Shown: positions 9,726 to 20,557, numbered from the stretch's first letter. The stretch: 64,000 nt of DNA from Verrucomicrobiia bacterium (GCA_035577545.1 DATLVI010000024.1:133478-197477), one strand, 5' to 3'. The notes: generated by a model from the letters alone, not told the origin. Numbers and translations are program-made.

Positions 9726-11933
9726 ATGAAGATCCTATTCTCAGCTTTGCTGGCCATCCTTCTCAGTGCCGTGACGGTCCAGGCCGTCAAGACCCAGCGC
9801 TGGGAGCTAAAGTCGCCGCAGGATTTCATGCATGGCAAGATACAGCAGCTTATCGTCACGAGCGGTGGTGAATTACGCCTGGGCTATGGCAGCACGAAAC
9901 TGGGCGAGTTCGCCAAGGAAATTTGGTGTTCGGCGGTGGATCGTGACGGCGTCGTTTATTTTGGGACGGGCTCGCCGGCTGAGGTCTACGGGCTCGGTAA
10001 GGATGGCCGGACCACGAAGCTCTTCGAGGCCGATTCGATTGCCGTGACGGCGGTCGCGCTCGATTCGCATGGTAATCTCTACGCCGCGACGATGCCGGAG
10101 GGGAAGATTTACAAAATCTCCACGACCGGCAAGGCGACCGTGGTGAAGATCGATGAGCCGTTTTGTAAACTGCGGGCGCCGTACGTCTGGTCGCTGGTCG
10201 TGGACAAACAGGACCGACTGTTCGCGGGCACCGGCCCGGATGGGAAGATTTTCCACATCGGCCCGGACGGCAAGGCCGAGGAATGGTACGCTGCCGAAGA
10301 CTCGAACATTTTGTGCCTCGCGCTTGATGCCGATGGCGCGCTGCTTGCCGGCGGGAGTGACCGGGGTTTGCTCTACCGCATCGCGGAAAAGGGCAAGGGT
10401 GTTGTTCTCCACGAGTTTGCCGAGGACGAAGTAAAGGCGCTTGTGGTGAACGGCAACGAAGTTTACATCGGCGTGAACCGGCAAAAGATCAAGCGGCCGC
10501 GAGGCGTGGCGGCGCGACGCCCGAGCGCGGCGGAGTTTGAGGACCTCACGCAGCAGTTGAGCAGTCAGTTCGGCGCGGCGATGACAGCCGAAACCGTGGC
10601 GCGCGAGCGCGAGACACCGCCGGAAGCGCGTTTGGCAAATCTGCTCGCGGGCAATCTCTACGTGCGACATGCCGACGGGCGTGTCGACCGGCTGGCGAAC
10701 TGGGACAATGAATCTGTTTTGGATGTGAAAGTCGACGGCGAAGGCGCGGCATTGGTCGGCACGTCGGGTCAGGGCCGTGTTTATCGCGTCCGCGACAGCC
10801 AGAATTGGGAATTACTCTTTGATTTTGACGAACAACAAGCGCTCACACTCGCGGTGCGTGATGGCAAGCTCGCGTTCGTTGGCACCGGCAACATCGGCAA
10901 CGCGTATGGTATCGACGCACAAAAGGCACACGAGGGCGAATTGACGAGCGAAGTGCATGACTGCCGTTTCCTCACGACGTGGGGCAACCTTTCGTGGATG
11001 GGTAGCGGCGCCATCGCCGTCGCCACACGCACCGGCAACACCACGTTGCCCGATTCGACATGGTCGACCTGGGCCGAGCCTGCCAAGACCTCGCCCACAA
11101 AGGTGGCGAGCCCGCGTGCGCGGTTTATCCAGGTGCGGGCCCAACTCACCGCGGGCGCCGACCCGATGTTGGAGTCGCTGGATCTGTATTACCGGATGCA
11201 GAATCAAAAGCCGGAAGTCTCGTCAGTTGAGATAGGCGACAAACCAAAGCCATCGACTGAAAAGTCAAAAGCCGAGCTGTCGAACGATTTGAAATCGGAC
11301 GATGGTGATACCGAAGCCACTGCCAGTATGGCCCTTCAGCGCGCGACCTCGTCGCCCAAAACAGAGGAGGCCCGTCCAAAACCCGCCACGCCGATCAAGG
11401 AAATCCATTGGCGCGCCAGCGATAGTGATGGCGACACACTCGTCTACCGGCTCTTCTACCAGGCTGAAGGCGACGGCGCCTGGGTGCCTGCTTTTTTGGA
11501 GAAGCCGTTAAAGAAGACCGAGTATTCGTGGAACACCGAGTCCATTCCCGACGGCTGGTATCGTATCAAGGTTGTCGCCAGTGACGAGGAATCCAACCCT
11601 GTGGGAGAGGCGCTGACCGACGAAAAGATCAGCGACCCCGTCAAGGTTGACAATACTCGTCCGCAGGTGCAGCAACTCTCTTATGATGCGGCCGGCGAAA
11701 TTCTCAAGGGAATCGCCCGCGACAACCTGAGCTTAATTCGCTACCTCGAATACTCGGTCGACGGGGGCGAATGGAAATTTTTTGCCCCGAAAGATGGCGT
11801 GTTCGACGACCGCGAAGAAGCGTTCGAAGTCAAAGTCGGTCCTCTCGCCACGGGCTTGCATTTCATTGCCGTGCGCGCGACCGATGAAGATGGAAACATC
11901 GGCGTCGAGAAGTTGTCGGTGCGGGGAAAATGA
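9726..11933 (+). CDS. secreted beta-propeller repeat protein with C-terminal Ig/FN3-like domains
   Basis: signal peptide; repeated G(T)GxxGxxY/F motifs (YFGTGSPAEVYGL, LFAGTGPDGKIFHIGPDGK); C-terminal beta-rich repeats. Confidence 0.45.
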   Translation: MKILFSALLAILLSAVTVQAVKTQRWELKSPQDFMHGKIQQLIVTSGGELRLGYGSTKLGEFAKEIWCSAVDRDGVVYFGTGSPAEVYGLGKDGRTTKLFEADSIAVTAVALDSHGNLYAATMPEGKIYKISTTGKATVVKIDEPFCKLRAPYVWSLVVDKQDRLFAGTGPDGKIFHIGPDGKAEEWYAAEDSNILCLALDADGALLAGGSDRGLLYRIAEKGKGVVLHEFAEDEVKALVVNGNEVYIGVNRQKIKRPRGVAARRPSAAEFEDLTQQLSSQFGAAMTAETVARERETPPEARLANLLAGNLYVRHADGRVDRLANWDNESVLDVKVDGEGAALVGTSGQGRVYRVRDSQNWELLFDFDEQQALTLAVRDGKLAFVGTGNIGNAYGIDAQKAHEGELTSEVHDCRFLTTWGNLSWMGSGAIAVATRTGNTTLPDSTWSTWAEPAKTSPTKVASPRARFIQVRAQLTAGADPMLESLDLYYRMQNQKPEVSSVEIGDKPKPSTEKSKAELSNDLKSDDGDTEATASMALQRATSSPKTEEARPKPATPIKEIHWRASDSDGDTLVYRLFYQAEGDGAWVPAFLEKPLKKTEYSWNTESIPDGWYRIKVVASDEESNPVGEALTDEKISDPVKVDNTRPQVQQLSYDAAGEILKGIARDNLSLIRYLEYSVDGGEWKFFAPKDGVFDDREEAFEVKVGPLATGLHFIAVRATDEDGNIGVEKLSVRGK

Positions 11934-11983
11934 TGTTGTGGCCGGGCTTGTATGAAGCGCCTCTCTACCCTGAGTCGTGAGAC

Positions 11984-12646
11984 ATGATCCGTCTCGAGAA
12001 TGTCAGCGTTGAGTACCGATTGAAGAGCGAACGCGTGCAGGCGTTGCGGAACCTTAACTTGCGCATTGCCGAGGGAAGTTTTGAGGCCATCATGGGGCCG
12101 AGCGGGTCGGGCAAGACGACGCTTATCCAGCTCATTGCGGGTTTACTTACGCCTACTGCGGGCGAAGTAATCGTCTCCGGCGAGTACCTGAGCCGCCTGG
12201 ACGATGAAAAGATCTCCGCCTTCCGCAACCGTACCATCGGCTTCGTCTTTCAATTCTTCAATCTGCCGAATTATTACACGGCGGTGGACAACGCCGCGTT
12301 GCCGTTGGTGTTTACGGGAGTGGACGAGCGGACCCGCCGGATCCGGGCGCGCACGCTGCTGGCGGAATTCGGGCTGCAAGATCGACTGGATCACAAACCG
12401 GATCAGCTCTCCGGCGGCGAAGCGCAACGCGTCGCGATCGCTCGCGCCCTGATCAACAACCCAAAGATTATCCTGGCTGATGAACCGACCGGGAACCTCG
12501 ACCGCGACACGGGTGCGCACGTGATGGAGTTGCTGCAGAAGATCAACCGCGAGCGCGGCGTGACGGTATTGATGGTCACGCATGACGAAAAGGCCGCCGG
12601 GTTCGCGCAGCGAATCATCCGGATTGAGAAGGGGGAATTGGCATGA
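11984..12646 (+). CDS. ABC transporter ATP-binding protein (LolD/MacB/FtsE-like)
   Basis: Walker A GPSGSGKTT; signature LSGGEAQRVAIARAL; Walker B ILADEPTGNLD. Confidence 0.9.
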   Translation: MIRLENVSVEYRLKSERVQALRNLNLRIAEGSFEAIMGPSGSGKTTLIQLIAGLLTPTAGEVIVSGEYLSRLDDEKISAFRNRTIGFVFQFFNLPNYYTAVDNAALPLVFTGVDERTRRIRARTLLAEFGLQDRLDHKPDQLSGGEAQRVAIARALINNPKIILADEPTGNLDRDTGAHVMELLQKINRERGVTVLMVTHDEKAAGFAQRIIRIEKGELA

Positions 12647-14154
12647 TTCGGCGGCGCGATTATCTGCGGTTGACGACGCAGAAGCTGGCGTTGCGGAAGA
12701 AACGCGCGGCATTTGCCATCATTTCCGTTGCGCTCGGGGTGATCGTGGTTGTGACGGCAAATTCACTGATGGAAGGTGTGCGTAATGTGGCCGTGAAAAC
12801 GATTTGGACGGAAGAGATCGATCCCGACGTGATTCACGTGTATGCAGGGGAAAACCCGTACGAGCTTCTCCCGCCCGAAGAGGGGCCGAAACGGGAAGCG
12901 AAGAAGCGGATCGAGTATTTGAGCGAAGCGGTGTTCGACGAGATCCGCGGCTGGTCCGGGGTTGAGGCAGCCGACCGGCCCGTCGTGGTGCAACCGGTGA
13001 GCGTGAACGGGTTCGACAAGCGGCCACGCAGCGTATCCGAATTCCAGGGTGTGCCAGAGCCCATGTTGCTGCGGTACGTAACTGACCGCGCGCTGGTGAC
13101 CGCAAATACCAATGCGATCCCCCTGGTCGTAGGGGAACGCAATGTGCGGCTCCGCTTCGACGAGAAGCGCGGCAAACTGGAGTCCGATCCCGCGGGCGAG
13201 AAGTCCTGGCTTGGTCGCGAAGTTACAATCCTCCTCGGCGACAACTACGCACGGGTCTCTCGATTCCAGTACGATTACAATAAGCGCGAATTCAAGCCAT
13301 TGGGCGAAGACGAAGTAGTGTCCCAACACGACGCGATGGAGCGCAATTTCCGTGTACAGTACGATACGGCTATTTTTAACACGACCCTCACGCTGAAAGG
13401 GCGCGTCGTTGGGTTTTGTCCCGGCAGCAAGGTGCTTATTCCGCTCGAAACGGCGACGCTGTGCGAGAAGTGGATCGACCAACGCAACCGCCTGGCTTCG
13501 CGGAATCCCGCACGTGAAACGACCGAAGTGGTCTATGGCGAGCGTGGCCGCCGCACGCCGAAACCAGGTGAGTACACCGAAGGCGCCGTGCTGGTGAAAA
13601 AGGGCGCGGACATCGAAGCCATTGCCAAGCGCATTGAGGAGATGGGGTTTTCCGTCGCGACGCGAGCGCGTATGTTTGAAGATCAGGCGCGCGCATTCGA
13701 CAGCAGCGTGAACATCGTGAAGAAAGTGGCGTTTGCGTTCGGTGGCCTGATTCTCGGGCTGGCTTGCGGTCTGGTCTGGAGCACCACCTCAAAGACGGTA
13801 TCCGACAGCCGTGCGGACATCGGCCTTTTCCGCGCGCTGGGCGCGACAAAGCGCGAGATTCGCCGGCTGTTTCTCGGCGAAGCGATGCTGCAGGGTGTGC
13901 TCGGCACCGTGGTTGGCATGGTGCTCGGTTGGGGACTGGCGCTCGCGATCGGCCACTGGGTGATCGGCTTCGCACGCCGCTCGGTTTATGAACCCGAAGA
14001 AGCGCTGCTCATTCCCAATTCGATTTTTTCCATGAATCCCCGGTTTTGTCTCCTGCTTATCGCTGGCGCGGCGCTGGTTTCACTGCTGGCCGGACTGTTG
14101 CCCGCCAATCGCGCAGCGAACGTCGATCCCGTGAAAGCGCTGAAGAGGGAGTGA
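12643..14154 (+). CDS. ABC transporter permease, FtsX/MacB-like
   Basis: N-terminal TM, large periplasmic domain, C-terminal FtsX-like 3-TM segment (GLFRALGATKREIRRLFLGEAMLQG); ATGA overlap with the upstream ATPase gene. Confidence 0.8.
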   Translation: MIRRRDYLRLTTQKLALRKKRAAFAIISVALGVIVVVTANSLMEGVRNVAVKTIWTEEIDPDVIHVYAGENPYELLPPEEGPKREAKKRIEYLSEAVFDEIRGWSGVEAADRPVVVQPVSVNGFDKRPRSVSEFQGVPEPMLLRYVTDRALVTANTNAIPLVVGERNVRLRFDEKRGKLESDPAGEKSWLGREVTILLGDNYARVSRFQYDYNKREFKPLGEDEVVSQHDAMERNFRVQYDTAIFNTTLTLKGRVVGFCPGSKVLIPLETATLCEKWIDQRNRLASRNPARETTEVVYGERGRRTPKPGEYTEGAVLVKKGADIEAIAKRIEEMGFSVATRARMFEDQARAFDSSVNIVKKVAFAFGGLILGLACGLVWSTTSKTVSDSRADIGLFRALGATKREIRRLFLGEAMLQGVLGTVVGMVLGWGLALAIGHWVIGFARRSVYEPEEALLIPNSIFSMNPRFCLLLIAGAALVSLLAGLLPANRAANVDPVKALKRE

Positions 14155-14203
14155 GAGAGCCACGGTCGGGCCGATGGATTGCGAAGCAGGCGCAGGCGTG
14201 TGG

Positions 14204-16216
14204 CTACACGCGAATGGGCAACAGCACGAAGGGGAAGCCGGCGTGGTAGAAGCGCTTTTGAACGGCGAAGACGGTGTAGTTGTGCAGCCAGCGGGAGGCG
14301 AAGGTGTCTTTTGGGAACACAAGTTGGCCGCCGAAGAAAACGCTGTTGGGGAACTTCGCGACGATCTTCGGGGCGATCTGATCCAGTTCTTCCACGACGT
14401 CGGTGCCGAGCGCGTAGAAAGCCTCGGCGTAATGGCCGTGCTCGCGCATGTAGTCAACGTAGTGTTCCATTTCGTCGAGCACGTGCCTGCGGAGGCGGTC
14501 GATTTCGTCCGAGCCCTTGAAGTTGCCCGCGTCGATGATGCCGACCTGCACGAACACGAAGTTCTTGAACACGCCACCGAAAACGCGCATGACCCCGTAG
14601 AGCGTGTGGAGGCCGAGCCCGTTGTAGCCGCTGACGAGGATGACGGCGGTCTTGGCCTTTGGATCGCAATCGGGGGCGGGTTTGGCTACTACCGGCTCGT
14701 CCATTCCCGTGTCGACGGCGGCAACCTTGACGAGGTCGTTGAGGCGGCGCAGTAAACGACCGGTGTAACGATAGTGGCGATGAATCAGGAGCGAGATAAT
14801 GACCAGCCCGGCGGTCAGGAGGATCGTGATGGCGCCGCCTTCCCGGAATTTAATGACCGTCATCAGGGCGAGGATTGCCGTGCACAGGACAAGGCCGAGA
14901 CCATTGATGAAGAGTTTTTTGCGGCGATGCTCCACTCCTTTCTCGGTGATCCACCAATGACGGACCATCCCGAGTTGTGAAAGTGTGAAGGTGATGAACA
15001 CGTTGATGCTGTACAACACCACGAGGAATTCGACCTTGCCGGACGACAACCACATCATTCCGAAGGCCGCTACGCCCATCAGCACGATGCCGTTCTGTGT
15101 CACAAGGCGGTCGCTCAACGTGGCGAATTTCGTGGGCATCCAGCGGTCGAGCGCCATGTTGGAGAGGACGCGCGGGCCGTCGAGGAAACCGGCCTGGGCG
15201 GCGACAAATAACAGCAGGGCCTCGGAAATCAACGTTACCAAAATGAACCAGTGCGCGCCGGCGCCCCAGTTGGCGGTCAATGTTTCGAACAACACCGCGT
15301 TGAGCGTCTTGCCCTTCTGAACGTTCACATGCAAGAGCAGATAGGCGAACATCAGTCCCGTGGCGGTGAACGCCAGCGAAGTGGCCATGTAGAGCATCGT
15401 CCGCTTACCGGTCTGTACCTTCGGTTCCCGTAGAATGGGCATGCCATTACTAACGGCTTCGATGCCCGTGTACGTACCCGCGCCAAGGCTGTAGGCGCGC
15501 AACATTAGCATCAGCATTCCAAGCAATCCGAGCTCGCCATGCGCTTGACGGACAGCATCCGCCGTAGCGGTAAAGACCTGGCCGAAATCGCTCCCATGCA
15601 CAATCAGCGCGTAGAGGATCACGAAAACGTGCGTGATGACAAAGACCATGAAGACGGGAACGAGGGTCACCACCGACTCTTTCACGCCACGGAGGTTCAG
15701 TAGCGTTAGCACCAACACCCCGAGGTAGGCGAGGGTCAGTTTGTACGGCAGCCACGATTCCGGCAGAAAGCTGAACAGGGCATCCGCGCCACTGGCGATG
15801 GAGATCGTGATCGTCAGTACGTAGTCAATGAGCAGCGCGCAGCCGGAAACCATACCGACGGTGGGCGCGAGCAATTTGCTCGCGACGAGATAGCCGCCGC
15901 CTCCGGTCGGGAACAATTCGATGATTTGCGAATAGCTGGCGCTGATGATGAACACGGTCAGTGCTGAAGCCAGCCCGACAAAGACGCAGAGGTACGGGTG
16001 CGATCCCAGCGCCCGAAACGCCTGCTCCGGCCCATAGCAGGATGATGACAGGCCGTCAGCGCCCAGTCCCACCCAGGCGAAGAATGCAATCAGCGAGAGC
16101 TTGTGAAAGACAGAGCGATCATGCGGGCTGAGAGAGCGGCCAATGAGTACCGCCTTCACCCGCTGAGATAAAGTGACATCCGAGGAAGCGGAGTTTATTT
16201 TTTTTTCATCCACCAT
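14204..16216 (-). CDS. APC-superfamily transporter with C-terminal cytoplasmic domain, KimA-like (paralog 2)
   Basis: AWVGLGADGLSSSCYGPE, FPTGGGGY, ~12 TM helices plus a ~200 aa C-terminal domain; ~55% identical to the upstream paralog. Confidence 0.7.
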   Translation of the reverse strand: MVDEKKINSASSDVTLSQRVKAVLIGRSLSPHDRSVFHKLSLIAFFAWVGLGADGLSSSCYGPEQAFRALGSHPYLCVFVGLASALTVFIISASYSQIIELFPTGGGGYLVASKLLAPTVGMVSGCALLIDYVLTITISIASGADALFSFLPESWLPYKLTLAYLGVLVLTLLNLRGVKESVVTLVPVFMVFVITHVFVILYALIVHGSDFGQVFTATADAVRQAHGELGLLGMLMLMLRAYSLGAGTYTGIEAVSNGMPILREPKVQTGKRTMLYMATSLAFTATGLMFAYLLLHVNVQKGKTLNAVLFETLTANWGAGAHWFILVTLISEALLLFVAAQAGFLDGPRVLSNMALDRWMPTKFATLSDRLVTQNGIVLMGVAAFGMMWLSSGKVEFLVVLYSINVFITFTLSQLGMVRHWWITEKGVEHRRKKLFINGLGLVLCTAILALMTVIKFREGGAITILLTAGLVIISLLIHRHYRYTGRLLRRLNDLVKVAAVDTGMDEPVVAKPAPDCDPKAKTAVILVSGYNGLGLHTLYGVMRVFGGVFKNFVFVQVGIIDAGNFKGSDEIDRLRRHVLDEMEHYVDYMREHGHYAEAFYALGTDVVEELDQIAPKIVAKFPNSVFFGGQLVFPKDTFASRWLHNYTVFAVQKRFYHAGFPFVLLPIRV

Positions 16217-16305
16217 TTTGACGCCCTAGCGACCCACCTAAGCCTGTCAGACTAACGGGTCGTTATCAAAATGCAAGCGCCACGAGCGACCCGCGCTTCA
16301 TTGAT

Positions 16306-18354
16306 TCATGCGGGGGCGGGAGACGAGGTGATGTTTTGTTTGCGGAACAGGCGGATCGGCAAGACGACGATCGGCACGCCCGCAAAACGCAGCCGCCGCT
16401 GGATGGCGAACGCTGTCTCGTTGTGCAGGATGCGGTCGAACCATTTCGGTTCGTCGAAGACGACTTCACCCGCAAAGAAAACAGCCCGCGGGTATTTCTT
16501 AGCCAGTTCGACGCAGGCTTCCGAGACCTCTTGCACGACGTCGGTGCCGATGCGGTAGGCTGACTGGGCGGGGATACCGAGACGATTGGCCATTTCCACG
16601 TAGCGATCCAGGGATGTTTGGGTCCGCTCCACGAGTTCTTCCACGTGGCTGCCACCCTTGAAGAAATCGGAATTGGGCACGCCAACGGAAATAAAGATCA
16701 CGTTGGTGAATGAAAGCGGAAAAATCCGAAACACATTGAGCAGGCAATGGACGCCGAGCCTTGCGAAGCCGCCGACCAGGATGACGGCGGTTGGTTTCTT
16801 CGGGTCGAACGGCGGCGTGACTTTGGTGGGATCACTCGGAATATCCTCCAGCGAAGACTCCACCTGGCGCAGCCGTTGTGTGAAGGCCCGGTAATGACGA
16901 CGGATGGCAAAACATCCGGCGATGCACAGACAGGTAATCACCAGGGTAATCCAGCCGCCCTCCCTGATCTTCATGGTGAGCATGACGGTGAGGATGGAAA
17001 GACACAGCACCAAACCAGTGGCGTGTACACCCAGGTGTTGCAGCCATTTCTTGTCGGTTTGGCGATGCCGTACCCAGAAGCGCACCATGCCGAATTCGGA
17101 AAGCGAAAACGTGGCGAAGACGTTGATGCTGTACATGACCACCAAAACGTGGATATCACCGCGCGTATAGGCCAACGCCGCGGCTGCAGCCACACCCATT
17201 AGCAAGACGCCGTTTTGGCTGGTCAAGCGGTCCGACAACGCGGCGAACCGGCGTGGCAACCAGGAATCGATGGCCATGTTGGCCATCACGCGCGGCCCGT
17301 CTATGAAGCCCGTCTGCGCTGCCACCAACAGGAGCACCGCCTCCGAAAAGATGGTTACTCCCACAAACCACAAGCCGACGGGAAGGGCCCCGATCTTGAA
17401 TGAGCCGGCGAATCGCTCTGCAAGCACCGTGTTGAGCGTCTTGCCTTCCACAGGCGACACGCGAAAGAGCATATAGCAGAACAACAACCCGGCGGCGGTC
17501 GCCGCCAAGGAGATCGCCATATAGCGCATCGTTCGTTTGCCGGTTTCCACCTTTGGATCGCGCATGATGGCCAGGCCGTTCGAAACGGCTTCGATTCCCG
17601 TGTACGTACCGCCACCGATTGAGTAGGCGCGTAGAAACAGGAGGAACATGCCCCACATTCCCAACTGGCTCAGGCCCTGGCCGAAACCGCTGCGGACCTC
17701 GTGTGCCACGGCTGGAAGATCGCGGCTGTGAAAGAGGAAGCCACCGAAAATCAAGATGATGTGGGTCGCGACAAACGTCAGGAAAATCGGTACCAGGATC
17801 GAAACCGATTCCTTGACGCCCCGCATGTTCATCAACACCAGAAAGAGGATCGCCGTAAACTCCAACGGCAGCTTGAAGTACTGTAAGGAAACCGGCAACA
17901 AACTGAACAGCGCGTCCGCGCCACCCGCGATGGAGACCGTGATTGTCAGGACGTAGTCCACCAGCAACGCGCATCCCGAAACTACGCCGGCCGAGGAGCC
18001 GAGCAATTCCGTTGCCACGACATAACCGCCACCACCGCCGGGAAAGTGTTCAATAATGCGGCTATAGGCATAGGAGATTATGAACACGGTTGCTGCCGTC
18101 GCCAGCGCCAGCAACACTGCCAGGTACAGATGACTGCCCAGGGCGCGAAAGGCCTCTTCGGGTCCGTAGGCTGAAGATGACAGTCCGTCCGCGCCCAAGC
18201 CGACCCAGGCCAGGAAGGCAATCAACGAAATCTTGTGACCGAGGGACGGGTCGTGGAGGTTGCGTGGCGCGCCAAACAGCATTCGCTTCAACCGCGACCG
18301 CATGAGACGCGGCAGTCTCGGCTCGGAGACCGAGTTATCCATGGTGCAAATCAA
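16306..18354 (-). CDS. APC-superfamily transporter, KimA-like putative K+ importer (paralog 1)
   Basis: same architecture as paralog 2; preceded by a ydaO-type c-di-AMP riboswitch-like leader. Confidence 0.7.
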   Translation of the reverse strand: MICTMDNSVSEPRLPRLMRSRLKRMLFGAPRNLHDPSLGHKISLIAFLAWVGLGADGLSSSAYGPEEAFRALGSHLYLAVLLALATAATVFIISYAYSRIIEHFPGGGGGYVVATELLGSSAGVVSGCALLVDYVLTITVSIAGGADALFSLLPVSLQYFKLPLEFTAILFLVLMNMRGVKESVSILVPIFLTFVATHIILIFGGFLFHSRDLPAVAHEVRSGFGQGLSQLGMWGMFLLFLRAYSIGGGTYTGIEAVSNGLAIMRDPKVETGKRTMRYMAISLAATAAGLLFCYMLFRVSPVEGKTLNTVLAERFAGSFKIGALPVGLWFVGVTIFSEAVLLLVAAQTGFIDGPRVMANMAIDSWLPRRFAALSDRLTSQNGVLLMGVAAAAALAYTRGDIHVLVVMYSINVFATFSLSEFGMVRFWVRHRQTDKKWLQHLGVHATGLVLCLSILTVMLTMKIREGGWITLVITCLCIAGCFAIRRHYRAFTQRLRQVESSLEDIPSDPTKVTPPFDPKKPTAVILVGGFARLGVHCLLNVFRIFPLSFTNVIFISVGVPNSDFFKGGSHVEELVERTQTSLDRYVEMANRLGIPAQSAYRIGTDVVQEVSEACVELAKKYPRAVFFAGEVVFDEPKWFDRILHNETAFAIQRRLRFAGVPIVVLPIRLFRKQNITSSPAPA

Positions 18355-18359
18355 GTTTC

Positions 18360-18505
18360 CTCTCGATTTGCCTACGAGGTTAGCTGACGGGCTCAGGCTG
18401 AGAAGAATAGGCTAGCCTGTTGCGGTACAATGACCGAAATTCGCCCCGAACTACCCGGGTCCCCCGTTCCGTGCGACGTACACGGATTCGGCAATAAGTG
18501 TGAAA
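18360..18505 (-). ncRNA. c-di-AMP riboswitch (ydaO/kimA class) in the 5' leader of the transporter operon
   Basis: the minus-strand leader reads ...UUGCCGAAUCCG...CGGAACGGGGGACCCGG...UUCGGGGCGAAUUUCGG...CCCGUCAGCUAACCUCGUAGGCAAAUCGAGAGGA, matching conserved ydaO elements (GCCGAAUCC; ACGGGG.ACC; GGGG.GAAU; CCCG.CAGCUAAC...GGCAA) as recalled from the B. subtilis ydaO leader. Confidence 0.55.
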
Positions 18506-18635
18506 GCATAGCACAGCGCCCTCGTGTGTCAATGTAAGCAAGTATTTGTGGCGCAATAGATTAGATGTTGGGCCACTCGGGCTTTAGGCGCTGAGTCGTC
18601 AAGGGGCGGTCTGCATGAACCCGGCTATTCTTAAT

Positions 18636-18977
<342 letters not shown>

Positions 18978-19252
18978 TTATTGCGTCCCTGGTTGTCAGC
19001 TACATCGAGTCGCTTGGGACCCGTTTACCCGCGCGGTCCCGGCGCAACCGGAAACGGTCATGAAAGAGGAGATGCCCGAACACAACCGCGTGTTACGCCG
19101 CAGCCAATTTGGTAATGGCTCCAGCAGCGCGGGCTACCGACCCCGACAGGACGCTGGAGAGCGTCACTGCCGGGGCCAGAATGCCCAACGTCTTGAAGGT
19201 TTGGCTTTTCTTTTTTAGCCGCATCCTTGTTGACGGTGCTTCCCAGTTGCGA

Positions 19253-20557
19253 TCAGTACAAATAGGCGACACCCATACCAATCGTGAACTGGTCACGGTT
19301 GCCGTTGTACGTACCCGGCTCATCTGAATGATCCCAGCGCACTTCAGGACGGATCTGTACATTGTCGATGGGCTTGTAGTTGAGCGTGAGAGTGGAACTG
19401 CAGAGTTCCGGACCGTTACCTGGAGCGAAGACCGGCAGGCCTTGGATTCCGCTAGTCCGGACGCCGTCCTTGTCCTTTAGGTAATCTTGACGGAAAGCCA
19501 GTTCGATCTTGTCTGTGAAGTCGTATGTCAGCCAGAGACCGGCGGCAACCCATTCGGAATCGCCGAGATCGACGACTTTTTGCTCACGACCGTAGTCCAA
19601 TTGGACAAAGCTGTTGAGTTTGTCGGTGAACTTGTGGTTTGCGACCAACTCTACACCGTCGCGCCAGTTGGCAGTCGTGCTCGTGCCGCCGAGGGATACG
19701 GTCGTCTGTTCAGGGCCGCCATAACCCAAAACAGCAACAGTCGTGTTTGAGTCCAGTGCATACCCGAGGCGACCCATGTACGACAGGCCCGTGTTATTGT
19801 CAGGCAGTTGATCCCAACCGTTAAACACCACAAACTCCGTGTCGATCTTATCGTTCCACTTGTAGGCCAGTTGGACGCCGGTTTGGGTGAAGTTCTCGAC
19901 GAAGAGGAACTGATTGCCTTCGGACCAGTTCGGATTGGCCACCTCTTCGATGACTTCCACGCCCATAAGGGTGACCGTCTTGCCGACGATGACCTTCAGC
20001 CCGTTGCCGATCGGGATGTTGAGGTCGACGAAGGCCTGTTCCAGATCACCGTCCGTCCCCAAGTTAAACGTGCCACCATGCGGGCTGGTAGAGTGGATCA
20101 CCGCCGCGTCCTGACCGAAGATCAAGTCCGCACGGTAACCAGCGACCCAGTTTGTGGGGTTGTAGTCGATGGGTTTCTCCAGTGCCAATTTGAACTTGTT
20201 CAGCGCAAACTGGTTGGCATGCGTGTCAAAGGAGCGCCCAGCCACTGTCCTCGATCCATGGGTACTGTCGAAGTCGTACAGATACGACGACGATACGAAG
20301 CCGCTGATCTCAGTCTGACCGAGGAAATCCAGCGATTTCTGCGTGATGTCCGCCTTGGCCACGGCAACATTTTGCGTGCTGGCACCTTCCAGCGCGGAAA
20401 TCCGTTTCTCCAGGTCGTCGCTACGCTTCTTTTGTTCTTCGTAGAGAGTCTTATAGTCCGCGTCGTCCGCGCGGACGACAGGAACACCTCTCATGATCAA
20501 CACCGCCGCGGCAATGCCGATCCATACGGCCTTACATTGTTTGGTCCTCACCTTCAT
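19253..20557 (-). CDS. putative outer-membrane porin with N-terminal coiled coil
   Basis: signal peptide, coiled-coil segment (DYKTLYEEQKKRSDDLEKRISALE), then alternating beta-strand pattern ending in aromatic ...GVAYLY. Confidence 0.45.
   Translation of the reverse strand: MKVRTKQCKAVWIGIAAAVLIMRGVPVVRADDADYKTLYEEQKKRSDDLEKRISALEGASTQNVAVAKADITQKSLDFLGQTEISGFVSSSYLYDFDSTHGSRTVAGRSFDTHANQFALNKFKLALEKPIDYNPTNWVAGYRADLIFGQDAAVIHSTSPHGGTFNLGTDGDLEQAFVDLNIPIGNGLKVIVGKTVTLMGVEVIEEVANPNWSEGNQFLFVENFTQTGVQLAYKWNDKIDTEFVVFNGWDQLPDNNTGLSYMGRLGYALDSNTTVAVLGYGGPEQTTVSLGGTSTTANWRDGVELVANHKFTDKLNSFVQLDYGREQKVVDLGDSEWVAAGLWLTYDFTDKIELAFRQDYLKDKDGVRTSGIQGLPVFAPGNGPELCSSTLTLNYKPIDNVQIRPEVRWDHSDEPGTYNGNRDQFTIGMGVAYLY

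Noticed and set aside
12763-13975. Minus-strand ORFs 12763..13482 and 13436..13975 inside the FtsX-like permease gene
   Set aside because: Antisense to a strongly supported ABC permease; typical high-GC shadow ORFs
16747-17974. ORFs 16747..17202(+) and 17156..17974(-) overlapping the KimA-like transporter
   Set aside because: Overlap a 12-TM transporter with clear APC signatures; His/Arg/Gly-rich artefacts
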